DNA of 45,024 bases. Source: an uncultured bacterium (GTDB taxonomy: Bacteria; Planctomycetota; DG-23; CBDVDV01). Each line of letters starts with the position of its first letter. Within the stretch, counting starts at the first letter, position 1. The DNA lies in contig CBDVDV010000005.1 of the NCBI GenBank assembly GCA_965372835.1, positions 1 through 45,024 on the forward strand, given 5' to 3'. Below are positions 17,162-26,756 of the stretch, piece by piece. The translations under genes were made by a program, and so were the position numbers. The notes below the pieces were generated by a model. That model saw nothing but the letters and a program-made list of their open reading frames with translations, was not told the origin of the DNA and ran no database searches.

Positions 17162-18475
17162 ATGACCGCCTCACGGGGGTCCGCAGGGCCCCTGCTTCAG
17201 GTGGCCCTCGACTTTCTTGAACTCAGCCGGGCGCTCAAGGTGGCCGAAGCGGCTGTGGCCGGTGGGGCGGACATCCTGGAGGCCGGTACCCCGCTAATCA
17301 AGAGCGAGGGGCTCGATGCGGTGCGCGAACTGCGGGCCCGTTTCCCTCGGATGCGCCTGGTGGCCGACATGAAGACCATGGATGCTGGTCGCATCGAAAT
17401 GGAGGCGGCGGCCAAGGCCGGCGCCAATGCGGCCGTGGTCATGGGAGCCGCTTCTGAGGCCACCATCCAGGAGTGTATCGAGGCCGGGCGCAACTACGGC
17501 GTCTCCGTAGGGGTGGACCTCTTGGGTGTAGAGGACATCGTGGCCTTGGCCCGTCGGTGTGAGGAGTTGGGCGCCGACCACCTGGACATCCACACACCCA
17601 TCGACGAGCAGATGCGCGGCGCCGATCCCTTTGAGCGGTTGCGGCTGGTGCGGCAGGCTGTTTCCTTGCCGCTGGCGGCGGCTGGTGGTATCAACTCGGA
17701 GACGGCCGCCGAGGCCGTGGCTGCCGGCGCCGACATCGTCATCGTGGGCGGCGCTATCTCCAAATCGGCCGATCCACGACAGGCCACCGAAGAAATCAAG
17801 CGGGCCATCACCACCGGGGAGAAAATCCCCACCACACTTTACCGGCGGGCAGGCCTGGACCGGGTGCGGGAGGTGCTTCTGGGTGTTTCCAGCGCCAACG
17901 CTTCTGACGGAGGCCACCGGCTGCCACCCCTGGAAGGCATCCGGCCGGTAGCGCCGGGCCTCAAACTGGTCGGGCCGGCCTTTACCGTGCGCACCTACCC
18001 GGGTGACTGGGCCAAGCCCGTGGAAGCCATCGACGAGGCGGCGCCCGGCGACGTCATCGTCATCGACGCCGGTGGTGTCCCCCCGGCGGTCTGGGGTGAA
18101 CTGGCCACCCAGTCGGCCGTAGGAAAGGGGTTGGCTGGTGTGGTGATCGACGGCGCCATCCGGGACGCCGCCGAGATACGGGGGCTAAAGTTTCCGGCCT
18201 TCGCCCGGCACATCAGCCCGCAGGCCGGCGAGCCGAAGGGGTTGGGGGAGATCGGGGTGCCGGTGCGCGTGGCCGGGCAGCGGGTGGAGCCGGGGGACTG
18301 GCTCTTGGGCGACGACGATGGGGTGGTGGTGCTGCCCGGCAATCGGGTCGTGGAGCTGGCCAATCGGGCCATGGACTGCCTGGAGCGGGAAAACCGCATC
18401 CGTCAGGAAATACTCGAGGGCAAGACTACCCTGGCCCAGGTCATGGAACTGTTGCGCTGGGAGAAGCCGAAGTAG
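17162..18475 (+). CDS. 3-hexulose-6-phosphate synthase fused to RraA/HMG-aldolase-family domain
   Basis: N-term LQVALD, EAGTPLIKSEG, ADMKTMDAG, HTPIDEQ, AGGI, VGGAI; C-term GDW, AVWGEL, VIDGAIRD, PGD..GDDDGVV. Confidence 0.88.
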   Translation: MTASRGSAGPLLQVALDFLELSRALKVAEAAVAGGADILEAGTPLIKSEGLDAVRELRARFPRMRLVADMKTMDAGRIEMEAAAKAGANAAVVMGAASEATIQECIEAGRNYGVSVGVDLLGVEDIVALARRCEELGADHLDIHTPIDEQMRGADPFERLRLVRQAVSLPLAAAGGINSETAAEAVAAGADIVIVGGAISKSADPRQATEEIKRAITTGEKIPTTLYRRAGLDRVREVLLGVSSANASDGGHRLPPLEGIRPVAPGLKLVGPAFTVRTYPGDWAKPVEAIDEAAPGDVIVIDAGGVPPAVWGELATQSAVGKGLAGVVIDGAIRDAAEIRGLKFPAFARHISPQAGEPKGLGEIGVPVRVAGQRVEPGDWLLGDDDGVVVLPGNRVVELANRAMDCLERENRIRQEILEGKTTLAQVMELLRWEKPK

Positions 18476-18493
18476 CTGAAAGGGTCGCCTGGT

Positions 18494-19279
18494 ATGCTCA
18501 TCGTCGGGGAACGCATCAACTCCAGCCGACCAGCCATCGCTCGGGCCATCGGTGAGCGAGACGCGGCTCACATTCAGGAAGAGGCCGAGCGCCAGGTAGC
18601 CGCTGGGGCGCAGGTGCTGGACGTCAATGCCGGGGCCTCGCTGGAGGGTGAGCCCGAGGATCTGGTCTGGCTGGTGGAGACGGTGCAGGGAGCCGTCGAG
18701 GTGCCCCTGTGCCTGGACAGCCCCCGACCGGAGGCTTTGCGGAGAGCGGCGGAGGTCCACCAGGGGGCGCCCATGGTGAACTCCATCACCGGGGAAGAGG
18801 ATCGGCTGGCTCGTGTGCTGCCGGTGGTCGTTGAGAGCGGCGCCAGGGTGGTCGCGCTCACCATGGACGAAGCCGGCATGCCGCGCACGGCTGAAGAGCG
18901 GGTGCGGGTGGCCGGACGCATTGCTGAGCGTGTGACCGCTATGGGCATACCGTTGGAGCGGGTGTACTTTGACCCGGTGATTTCGGCGCTGGCCACCGAC
19001 CACACCCAGGGGCAGGAGGTATTGGCGGCCGCGGCCGGCATCCGGCGAGAGTTTCCTGAGGCGCACCTGATCTGCGGCCTGAGCAACATCAGTTTCGGGC
19101 TGCCAAACCGGCTCCTGCTGACCCACACGTTCTTGGTGATGCTCATGGCGGCGGGGCTGGACGCGGTCATCGCCGACCCGACCTCGGCGGGATTCGCCGA
19201 GTCGGTGATCGCGGCCGAGGCCCTCTTGGGCGGCGACGAGTTCTGCATGTCCTACATCGGCCGGTTCCGGGCGACCTGA
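18494..19279 (+). CDS. Methyltetrahydrofolate:corrinoid methyltransferase (AcsE-like pterin-binding barrel)
   Basis: IVGERIN, LDVNAG, LCLDS, VNSITGE, YFDP, CGLSNISFGLP..R, GLDAVIADP, LLG.DEFCM.YI. Confidence 0.85.
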   Translation: MLIVGERINSSRPAIARAIGERDAAHIQEEAERQVAAGAQVLDVNAGASLEGEPEDLVWLVETVQGAVEVPLCLDSPRPEALRRAAEVHQGAPMVNSITGEEDRLARVLPVVVESGARVVALTMDEAGMPRTAEERVRVAGRIAERVTAMGIPLERVYFDPVISALATDHTQGQEVLAAAAGIRREFPEAHLICGLSNISFGLPNRLLLTHTFLVMLMAAGLDAVIADPTSAGFAESVIAAEALLGGDEFCMSYIGRFRAT

Positions 19280-19297
19280 GATTTGCGGCCGGAGGAC

Positions 19298-19326
19298 TTG
19301 CCGGTTTGCTGGGTGTGTGCTATAGT
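19298..19326 (+). promoter_or_regulatory. Promoter for mcsA-mcsB
   Basis: TTGCCG (19298-19303), 17 bp, TATAGT (19321-19326) with extended -10 TG. Confidence 0.55.
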
Positions 19327-19364
19327 CGAGCCTGGTGAGGGACGCCCGCCAAGGAGACTCAGTG

Positions 19365-19868
19365 ATGCAGCAGAATCGGATGTGTCAGCTCTGTCACAAG
19401 AAGGAAGCGACCTGGCACATTACTGACATCGTCGACGGGGAAAGCCGGGAGTTGCACATCTGTGAGGACTGTACTCAGGAGAAGAGCAAGCAACCAAAGT
19501 CGGTGACCACCTTCCTGGCTGAGTTGGTGAAGAGCTCCGCCAAGCAGATCGCCCAGATGGCCAAACTCCTCTGCCCACGCTGTGGGAGCAGTTACCTGGA
19601 CTTTCACACCAACCGTCGGCTGGGGTGTCCGTACGATTACCAGGCCTTTGGCGAATCGATGACGGCGCTGCTGGAGAAGATCCACGGTGAGACTCGTCAT
19701 CTGGGCAAGGTGCCAGCGGGGGCGGACGGCCGGGCCGCTCGGCAGGCCGAACTGCGCCGGCTCCACCAGGCCCTTCGCCGCGCGGCCGACCAGGAACACT
19801 ACGAGGAAGCAGCCCTGCTGCGGGACCGCATCCAACAGATGGAGGGGACCGGCGGTGGAACTGAATGA
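19365..19868 (+). CDS. mcsA: McsA, protein-arginine kinase activator
   Basis: CQLC..HICEDC, CPRCG..RLGCPYDY, H.GKVP, C-terminal UVR coil (E.YEEAALLRDRI); upstream of mcsB. Confidence 0.9.
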   Translation: MQQNRMCQLCHKKEATWHITDIVDGESRELHICEDCTQEKSKQPKSVTTFLAELVKSSAKQIAQMAKLLCPRCGSSYLDFHTNRRLGCPYDYQAFGESMTALLEKIHGETRHLGKVPAGADGRAARQAELRRLHQALRRAADQEHYEEAALLRDRIQQMEGTGGGTE

Positions 19869-20910
19869 ACTCCTACACCGCACCGGTGAGTGGCTTCGGG
19901 ACAGTGGTCCCGACGGTGACGTCATCGTCAGTTCCCGGGTCCGACTGGCTCGCAACGTTGCCGATTACCCCTTCCGGAGCCGACTCTCGCCCGAGCAGGG
20001 GCAAGAACTGGTGGAACTGTTGCGGGAGAGTCTGGCTGCCTGCACCGAGCCGGGGGAACACCGCTATCTGGGTCTGGAAGGGCTGAGCGGCCTGGACCGG
20101 GCGTTTCTGGTGGAGCGGCATCTCATCAGCCGGGAGCACGCCGAAGCCGAAGGGCCCCGGGCCGTGAGCTTTTCCCCCGACGAGGTCGTCAGTGTCATGA
20201 CCCTCGAAGAAGACCACCTGCGGATGCAGGTGATCCACTCGGGTGAGGACCTGGTAGGGGCCTGGAAGGTGCTGGATGCGCTGGACACGCGGATGAGCGA
20301 GGAGGTGGAATACGCCTACTCGTCCCGGCTGGGGTACCTGACCGCGTGTCCCACCAACGTGGGGACGGGCATGCGGGCCTCGGTGATGCTTCATCTGCCC
20401 GCGGTGGTGATGACCGGGGAACTGGAAAAGGTCTTCCGGGCCGTGCTCAAGATCAACCTGGCCGTGCGCGGACTCTACGGTGAGGGCACGCAGGCGACCG
20501 GGGACTTCTACCAGATCTCCAACCAGGTCACCCTGGGGGTCAGCGAAGCCGAAATCCTGGAGCGGCTGGCCAGCGTGGTGCCTCAGATCGTTCGTTACGA
20601 ACGACGGGGACGGGAAGCGCTCATGCGCGAGAGCCGGGCCAGCGTCGAGGACCGGGTCTGGCGAGCCTACGGCCTGCTCACCCACGCGCGTCGGATAAGC
20701 ACCGAGGGGACCTCCCGCCTGCTCTCGGCCGTGCGCATGGGCGTGCACATGGGGATTCTGGAAGGTCTGCCCATCGAGACGGTCAATCGCATCTTCCTGA
20801 TGGTCCAGCCGGCCCACCTCCAGAAACTCCAGGGGGCGGAACTCAGCGGCAAAGAGCGGAGCGTCGTTCGGGCAACCTTCATCCGCAAGGAACTTGACTC
20901 CCAGCGCTAA
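19855..20910 (+). CDS. mcsB: Protein arginine kinase McsB
   Basis: SSRVRLARN, LVERHLIS, EEDHLR, GYLTACPTNVGTGMRAS, VRGLYGEG, YQISNQ.TLG; start GTG 19855. Confidence 0.94.
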   Translation: MELNELLHRTGEWLRDSGPDGDVIVSSRVRLARNVADYPFRSRLSPEQGQELVELLRESLAACTEPGEHRYLGLEGLSGLDRAFLVERHLISREHAEAEGPRAVSFSPDEVVSVMTLEEDHLRMQVIHSGEDLVGAWKVLDALDTRMSEEVEYAYSSRLGYLTACPTNVGTGMRASVMLHLPAVVMTGELEKVFRAVLKINLAVRGLYGEGTQATGDFYQISNQVTLGVSEAEILERLASVVPQIVRYERRGREALMRESRASVEDRVWRAYGLLTHARRISTEGTSRLLSAVRMGVHMGILEGLPIETVNRIFLMVQPAHLQKLQGAELSGKERSVVRATFIRKELDSQR

Positions 20911-20954
20911 CCCCGTCGTCGGTTCACCGTCCATCTTCGTGTCGGCGTCGTTCT

Positions 20955-21437
20955 TTAGGTCGGTTTCAGCCTTTCGGTCAAAAGCCGGGCCACGTGCGCC
21001 GGCACGAAGGCGCTGACGTCACCTCCCCGGGTGGCGACCTCGCGAATGAGTTGGCTGCTCAGATGGGCGTAGCGTGGATCGCTCATCACGAAGACGGTTT
21101 CGATGTCGGGAGCCAGTTGGCGGTTGGTCAGGGCCATCTGGAACTCGTACTCGAAGTCGCTCGCGGTGCGGATGCCCCGCAGGATAACCCGCACGCCCTG
21201 GGCGCGAACAAACTCGACAGCCAACCCGGTGAAGGTCTCCACCCGGACGTTCGGGTACTGAGCCGTCGCCTCACGGACCAGCGCCGCTCGCTCCTGGAGG
21301 TCGAAGAGCGGCCGCTTTTCCGGATGTTCACTGACCGATACGATCAACTCCTCGAACAGCGCGGCCCCACGCTGGATGAGGTCCAGGTGGCCGTAGGTGA
21401 TGGGGTCGAACGTCCCTGGGTAGACAGCCCGTCGCAT
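20955..21437 (-). CDS. coaD: Phosphopantetheine adenylyltransferase
   Basis: AVYPGTFDPITYGHLD, RGIR..SDFEYE, LSSQLIRE; RBS GAGGAGG 7 nt upstream. Confidence 0.96.
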   Translation of the reverse strand: MRRAVYPGTFDPITYGHLDLIQRGAALFEELIVSVSEHPEKRPLFDLQERAALVREATAQYPNVRVETFTGLAVEFVRAQGVRVILRGIRTASDFEYEFQMALTNRQLAPDIETVFVMSDPRYAHLSSQLIREVATRGGDVSAFVPAHVARLLTERLKPT

Positions 21438-21578
21438 GCTCATCCTCCTCACCGACCCGCAAGGCGACCTGGAAAAGCGTCGGCCCGCCCGGCTCCCACA
21501 CGTGCGTTGACAGCGCTGGCGGACGTCGGCTGGGAGAACGCTCCAGGGAGCCGCCTCACACCGGCAGCCCCAGCGGCG

Positions 21579-22610
21579 TCATGTCGCGGCCGCGGGCGGC
21601 TGGTTCTCCTCTGGGGCCAGGTTGGCTGAGGCGGCTGTCGCGGCAACCACGTTGACGATGTCCTCTGCCGAGCAGCCTCGGGAAAGGTCGTTGACCGGCT
21701 TGGCCAATCCCTGGGAGAGGGGACCGATGGCGACGGCCCCGCCCAACCACCGGGTAAGTTTGTAGCCGATGTTACCGGAGTTCAGGTCCGGAAAGATGAG
21801 GATGTTGGCCCGGCCGCCCACCGGCGAGTCCGGGGCCTTGCGCTTGGCCACCTCGGGGACCAGGGCCGTGTCGGCCTGGAGTTCGCCGTCCACCAGGAGG
21901 TCCGGCTCGCGGTCGCGAACGATCTGGGTGGCTTGGATGACTTTCTGGAGCACGGGATGTCGTGCGCTGCTTCTGGTGCTGAAACTTAGCATGGCGACAC
22001 GGGGTTCCATGTCCAGGAGGCTCCGGGCGGTGCGGGCCGAGGCGACGGCAATCTCGGCCAGTTCCTCGGCGTCGGGGTCGGGGACCAGGGCGGCGTCGGC
22101 GTAGAGAAGCACCCGCTCTTCAGCAGTGCCGGTGGCGGGCAGCACCATGATGAAGCAGGCGCTGACCAAGGCAACCCCGCGGGCGGCCTTGACGACCTGC
22201 AAGGCCGGTCGGAAGGTGTCGGCTGTCGAATGCACGGCCCCGGCCACGTAACCCGCCACCTCACCGGTCCGAACCAACAGCGCGCTGAAATAGACCGGGT
22301 CCAGGACCAACTCGGCCGCCTCTTCTTCCGTCATCCCCCGGTGCTTGCGCAGCGCATACAGTGTCTGCACCAGGTCGCCCAACCGCGGGAAGGAAGCCGG
22401 CGCCAGCACCTCGATCCCAGAGCCGGACACGCCTACCTGGCGCAGTTTCTCTCGAACCGCTTCCTCCTCCCCCACCAGGACCGGCTCAGCCAGCCCTTCG
22501 CTGACGATGGTCTCGGCTGCTCTGAGCGTCCGTTCGTCCAGGCCTTCAGGCAAAGCGATGCGACGACGTTGAAGCCGAGCCTTCGCCTTGATGGCCTCGA
22601 TGGCGTCCAT
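21579..22610 (-). CDS. pta: Phosphate acetyltransferase
   Basis: [61 protein letters not shown]; start 22610 or 22637. Confidence 0.94.
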   Translation of the reverse strand: MDAIEAIKAKARLQRRRIALPEGLDERTLRAAETIVSEGLAEPVLVGEEEAVREKLRQVGVSGSGIEVLAPASFPRLGDLVQTLYALRKHRGMTEEEAAELVLDPVYFSALLVRTGEVAGYVAGAVHSTADTFRPALQVVKAARGVALVSACFIMVLPATGTAEERVLLYADAALVPDPDAEELAEIAVASARTARSLLDMEPRVAMLSFSTRSSARHPVLQKVIQATQIVRDREPDLLVDGELQADTALVPEVAKRKAPDSPVGGRANILIFPDLNSGNIGYKLTRWLGGAVAIGPLSQGLAKPVNDLSRGCSAEDIVNVVAATAASANLAPEENQPPAAAT

Positions 22611-22746
22611 GTGCTGCTGCTCCGTTGACGTATACACCGGGCGCCTACCAGCGGCTGGCTCACAGCTGGGCGCACGCCAGCGCTCCTCGCTTCACCCGCA
22701 CCGAAACCTGGCTGTTCGCGGCGCTGACCCTTCGACTCCCGCCCGG

Positions 22747-23067
22747 CTACCGAGTGCGCGTGCGCTCCACAGTCTCGCGCCTCTCGAAGTCTTCACGCAA
22801 GTCGGCGAAGGCCAGCCGGCGCAGGGTCCTCTTGGACTGATCCCAGGTGTAGATGAGCATGCGGTCAGTCGTCTCGTCGATGAGGTAGAGGCACATCTCG
22901 TTGGAACTGTAATTGCCCGTGGCCACTATGTACTTCCCTCCGCGGGCGACGGTCTGAGCCTCGGCCAGGGGAAACACCGCAGGCGCAGAGCGCTCCCACA
23001 GCAAAAGCCCCGAGAGGAGCACATTGCTCAACATCAACCCCACCACTACCACGGTAATGGTCCTCAC
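22747..23067 (-). CDS. Small hypothetical exported/membrane-anchored protein
   Basis: Strong RBS AAGGAGG; N-terminal hydrophobic segment ending near AEA-Q; small beta-rich C-terminus (LYLIDETTDRMLIY). Confidence 0.7.
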   Translation of the reverse strand: MRTITVVVVGLMLSNVLLSGLLLWERSAPAVFPLAEAQTVARGGKYIVATGNYSSNEMCLYLIDETTDRMLIYTWDQSKRTLRRLAFADLREDFERRETVERTRTR

Positions 23068-23125
23068 TGCGACACCTCCTTCCACGACTACAGGATACCT
23101 CAGTGGGAACCTCCCGGGGCCGACC

Positions 23126-23419
23126 TCAACGGGCGGCGCCTCGGAAGACGAAATAGGTGATCGGTCCGGCCAGGACCAGGTAAAGGGCGAACCAGTTCAT
23201 ATTCGCCCATCGGTGCGACTTCCCTGTAGCAGCCTCCTCGGAGGCAGCCAGCCCTCTACGTGAGGTCAGGCTGCTCACCTTCTTGCTTCGCTTCTCCAAC
23301 CGCTCGGCCTCGCCCAGGGCGCCTTCCTGGGCCCAGAGCAGGAGATCAAAGAGCGGACCGCAGAGGCTCACGCACAGCATCGCCAATGCGAACCAAGCCA
23401 GCACCCGTCGTCCCATCAT
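23126..23419 (-). CDS. Small hypothetical protein with N-terminal signal/TM and C-terminal TM
   Basis: RBS AAGGAG; MMGRRVLAWFALAML.. and C-terminal WFALYLVLAGPITYFVFR; upstream promoter-like element. Confidence 0.6.
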   Translation of the reverse strand: MMGRRVLAWFALAMLCVSLCGPLFDLLLWAQEGALGEAERLEKRSKKVSSLTSRRGLAASEEAATGKSHRWANMNWFALYLVLAGPITYFVFRGAAR

Positions 23420-23459
23420 CGTCCCATCTCCTTCCTGCTCCCCATCAGTCTCCATCCTT

Positions 23460-23488
23460 AGCCTACCCCCATGGGTCGAGCGCTGCAA
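23460..23488 (-). promoter_or_regulatory. Putative promoter for the small-protein/pta/coaD unit
   Basis: Minus strand TTGCAG (23488-23483), 17 bp, TAGGCT (23465-23460). Confidence 0.4.
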
Positions 23489-23494
23489 GGAAAT

Positions 23495-24211
23495 TCAGGC
23501 CCCTCCGCAGCGGGCGGCCTCGACCAGGGCCGCAAACAGCGCTAAGTGCTGGGGTCGTTCAGCGGCCAGATTCTCTGGATGCCACTGGATGGCCAGGAGG
23601 AAGCGCTCGTCGCCGGCTTCGGCCGCCTCCACCACACCGTCCGCGGACCAGGCCGCGGCCCGCAGCGACGGTGCTACCTCCCGTATGGCCTGGTGGTGGG
23701 AACTGTTGACCTCCAGGTCGGTCGTCCTCAGGATGCGGGCCAGGCGGGAGTCCTGGGCGATGTGCACGCGATGGTGCGTTCGTTGGCCCGGCTCAGTGGC
23801 ACTGTGGCATAGCGACAACCCAACCTGCTCGGGGAGGTGTTGGTAGAGGGTCCCGCCCAGGGCCACGTTGAGCACCTGGCAGCCCAGGCAGATGCCCATG
23901 AGAGGCACGCCCCGGTGGGCGGCCAGCCTGGCCAGGGCCAGTTCGAACCGACTCCGCCGGGGATGCAGCAGCTTCGTTTCGGGGTGAGGTCCCTCGCCGT
24001 AGGCGGCCGGGTCCACGTCGGGGCCCCCCGTGAGAAGGATGCCAGCGACCTGGTCCAGAAGGAGGCCCACGGCCTCCTCGTCGACGGGTGGAAGCAAGAT
24101 CGGCAGGCCTCCGGCCAGGAGAATGCTTTCGACGTAGTCCCCGGGAAGAGAAACCCTGGGGCGTTCCTCAGGCTGGTAGCCGGTGGTGATGCCTATGGGT
24201 GGCCGAGTCAC
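23495..24211 (-). CDS. Gamma-glutamyl-amide hydrolase, peptidase C26 (PuuD-like)
   Basis: PIGIT, AGGLP, LTGGPDVDP, GICLGCQ.LNVALGGTL, VNSSHHQA, QWHPE. Confidence 0.9.
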   Translation of the reverse strand: MTRPPIGITTGYQPEERPRVSLPGDYVESILLAGGLPILLPPVDEEAVGLLLDQVAGILLTGGPDVDPAAYGEGPHPETKLLHPRRSRFELALARLAAHRGVPLMGICLGCQVLNVALGGTLYQHLPEQVGLSLCHSATEPGQRTHHRVHIAQDSRLARILRTTDLEVNSSHHQAIREVAPSLRAAAWSADGVVEAAEAGDERFLLAIQWHPENLAAERPQHLALFAALVEAARCGGA

Positions 24212-25803
24212 TGGCTTCTCCCCAAGATGCGGCCCGGGCGGGCGCCTGTGTGCTCGCCGCCGCGGATGACGGGAACGCCGTTCGTCAGCACGTGGGCGAA
24301 GCCGACCGAGTATTGGAAGGGGTCTTCGAATGTAGCCCGGTCGTTCGCAGTCGTTGGGTTGAAGACGACGACGTCGGCGAAGTACCCCTTCTGGAGCCTC
24401 CCCCGCTGGGCCAAGCCGATGCGCTGGGCAGGCAGGCTGGTGAGCTTCCGAATCCCTTCGGCCAGCGACACCACGCGGGCCTCGCGGACATAGCGGCCCA
24501 GGAAGCGGGCCGGGGTGCCGAAGGCCCGCGGATGTGGTTTGCCGACCCGGGTGGGCCCCTCCGCGCTGCGGACGCCGGCGTCGGAGCCGACCATCACGAA
24601 GGGCCAGGTGTAGATTTCCTTCAGGTTCTCCTCGGACATGCGGAAGAAGATGGCGCTCACCTTGCAGCGTTCAGCCAGGAGCAAGTCCATTGCTGCTTCG
24701 ACCGGAGGCCTGCCCATTTCTTCGCCCACCTGATTCATGCGGAGGCCTTCCAGGTGCTTGTTCTCGTCGGAACTGACGTAGCAGATCATAATGGCCTGCC
24801 AGTATTCGTGGCCGCGCTCGCCGTGGTTCTTGTGGACGTACTGCCGGAGCCTCTCTCTCGTCTCAGCATCTTGCAGGCGGGCGAGTTCAGCCTCGATTCC
24901 ATCCACGTGCAGCCAGTTGGGGAAGACGGTGTTGAGGCTGGTGGAGGCGGCCACGTAGGGGTAGCGGTCGGCGGTGACGTCCGCTCCCTGGGCGCGAGCC
25001 TCCTCGATAAGTTCCCGATAGCGGGGCAGATTGCCCCAGTTGGCCCGCCCGGAGCACTTGATGTGAGCGATCTCACTGCGCACGCCCGCCTCGCGGCTGA
25101 TCCGGAGGTGCTCCTCGATGGCCTGGATACCCCGTTCGTTTTCGCCACGGACGTGGCTGGCGTAGAGCCCATCGTACCGGGCCACAACCTTGGCCAGTTC
25201 GATGATCTCCTCGGTCCGCGCGTAGCAGCCGGGCGGGTAGATGAGTCCGGTAGAGAGCCCCACCGACCCCCGGTCCAGGCAGTCAGCCAGCTCTCGCTTC
25301 ATCTGCTTTAGTTGTGCTTTCGTTGGCGCCTCGGCGCCGTAGCCGACGGCTAAGGCCCGAAGCGTCCCGTGACCGGTCAGGCAGGCGCGGTTGATGGCGT
25401 AGCCCACTTGCTCGGCGTAGTCAAAGTAGCCGTCGATGTCCTCCCACTCGATGCTGAGGCCGTAGTCACCATAAACCTGCTGGGCCCGGTCTTTGGCCTC
25501 GCCGCGCAGGGGGAAGGCCGAGCCGCCACAGTTGCCCAGGAGTTCGGTGGTGACGCCCGCGGTGACCTTGCTCTCGGCTCCGGGGACGAGCAGCGAGAAG
25601 AAGTCGCTGTGGGTGTGGATGTCGATGAAGCCCGGAGCCACGGCCAGAGCCGAGGCGTCGATGACGCTGGTGGCCTGGGCCTGGCTCAGGTCGTCGATGG
25701 CGGTGATGCGGTCGCCGACGATGCCCAGGTCGGTCTTGCGGGGCTCGCCGCCGGAGCCGTCGTAGAGGGTGCCGTTTCTTATGATGACGTCGAACGTAGC
25801 CAC
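24208..25803 (-). CDS. N-acyl-D-amino-acid deacylase (D-aminoacylase family amidohydrolase)
   Basis: PGFIDIHTHSD, GVTT..GNCG, GLSTGL.YPPG, SHVR, HIK, D.YPY.A.ST, GSD, PHPRAFGT; RBS AAAGGAG; start GTG 25803. Confidence 0.9.
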   Translation of the reverse strand: MATFDVIIRNGTLYDGSGGEPRKTDLGIVGDRITAIDDLSQAQATSVIDASALAVAPGFIDIHTHSDFFSLLVPGAESKVTAGVTTELLGNCGGSAFPLRGEAKDRAQQVYGDYGLSIEWEDIDGYFDYAEQVGYAINRACLTGHGTLRALAVGYGAEAPTKAQLKQMKRELADCLDRGSVGLSTGLIYPPGCYARTEEIIELAKVVARYDGLYASHVRGENERGIQAIEEHLRISREAGVRSEIAHIKCSGRANWGNLPRYRELIEEARAQGADVTADRYPYVAASTSLNTVFPNWLHVDGIEAELARLQDAETRERLRQYVHKNHGERGHEYWQAIMICYVSSDENKHLEGLRMNQVGEEMGRPPVEAAMDLLLAERCKVSAIFFRMSEENLKEIYTWPFVMVGSDAGVRSAEGPTRVGKPHPRAFGTPARFLGRYVREARVVSLAEGIRKLTSLPAQRIGLAQRGRLQKGYFADVVVFNPTTANDRATFEDPFQYSVGFAHVLTNGVPVIRGGEHTGARPGRILGRSQ

Positions 25804-25856
25804 CGGTACACTTCCTCTCCTTTGGGGGCAAGGGACCGCAGCACTGCCAGGGGGTG

Positions 25857-25885
25857 AGTATAGCGTGGGGTGCGCATCCGGGCAA
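25857..25885 (-). promoter_or_regulatory. Promoter for deacylase-C26 operon
   Basis: Minus strand TTGCCC (25885-25880), 17 bp, TATACT (25862-25857). Confidence 0.55.
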
Positions 25886-25938
25886 GGCTGCAACAGGGCA
25901 AGTGGCAGCGGGCGGTCGCGCCGCTTTGGGAAGGTTGC

Positions 25939-25967
25939 TTGACGGGAAGGAAGTCCGTCGGTATCTT
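25939..25967 (+). promoter_or_regulatory. Promoter for RraA-membrane protein operon
   Basis: TTGACG (25939-25944), 17 bp, TATCTT (25962-25967). Confidence 0.55.
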
Positions 25968-26018
25968 CCGTTCAACCAGTCTGTGACACAGCGTCAAGCA
26001 CGGGAAGGGGTGGTGACA

Positions 26019-26708
26019 GTGAGCGTTTCGGATGAACTTCTCGCCCTCTACCAGCAACTGCGGGTGGCCGACGTTTGCGACGGTATGGACGCAGCGAACC
26101 TGCGCGACGTGGGCCTGGTCTCCCGGGCTATCCGGCCCATCTGGCCTGGTGCGCGGGCTGCGGGCCGGGCCGTGACGGCTCGGTACGTCCCCTCGGGGGA
26201 GACGGTCCCCCACATGACCCCCGAGGAGTACGCCGAGTACGAGGGGCGCTGGTACCGAGAGAAGTGCACCTACCCGTACATCAAGGAGGCCAAGCCGGGG
26301 GATTTCCTGGTCATCGACATGAGCGGCCTGGAGGTGGGGCTCTGGGGGTCCAGCGTGGCCCTGTCGGCGGTGGTCAAGGGTGTCACCGGTGTGGTCATCG
26401 ACGGGGGCTGCCGGGATACCCACGAGGTGGCCCTGCAGCGGTGTCCGGTCTGGGCCCGCACGGTGGCCCGGACCACGGTCATCGGTCGGCTGGAGTTTGA
26501 GTCAATGGGGGGGACTGTGGAGATAGGGGCTGTCAGGGTGCGGCCCGGTGACCTGGTGGTGGCTGACGATGACGGGGTCATTGTGGTGCCGCAGGAGTCG
26601 GCCCAGTTGGTGGCTCGGGTGGCGGCGGAAGTGCTCGAGGGTGACAAGCGGGCCCGGAGACGTCGATACGAGGAACTGGGCCTGCCTGTGGACGACACCG
26701 TGGAGTAG
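26019..26708 (+). CDS. RraA/HMG-CHA aldolase family protein
   Basis: VADVCDGMD, AGRAVT, PGDFLVID, WGS, VIDGGCRD, VRPGDLVVADDDGVIVVP; start about 26013-26019. Confidence 0.85.
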   Translation: MSVSDELLALYQQLRVADVCDGMDAANLRDVGLVSRAIRPIWPGARAAGRAVTARYVPSGETVPHMTPEEYAEYEGRWYREKCTYPYIKEAKPGDFLVIDMSGLEVGLWGSSVALSAVVKGVTGVVIDGGCRDTHEVALQRCPVWARTVARTTVIGRLEFESMGGTVEIGAVRVRPGDLVVADDDGVIVVPQESAQLVARVAAEVLEGDKRARRRRYEELGLPVDDTVE

Positions 26709-26756
26709 CGCTCCAAACCCAGTCCGGTCAGATTTCAGTAGCGACCTGGATGGCGC

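Noticed and set aside
18494-19279. Dihydropteroate synthase folP
   Set aside because: Lacks the TPDSFSDG and SRK motifs; GERIN and GLSNISFGLP indicate a methyltransferase.
23495-24211. TrpG partner for the lone trpE
   Set aside because: Motifs (GGPDVDP, NSSHHQA, QWHPE) are C26/PuuD-type, not TrpG (IDNYDSF, SPGPG).
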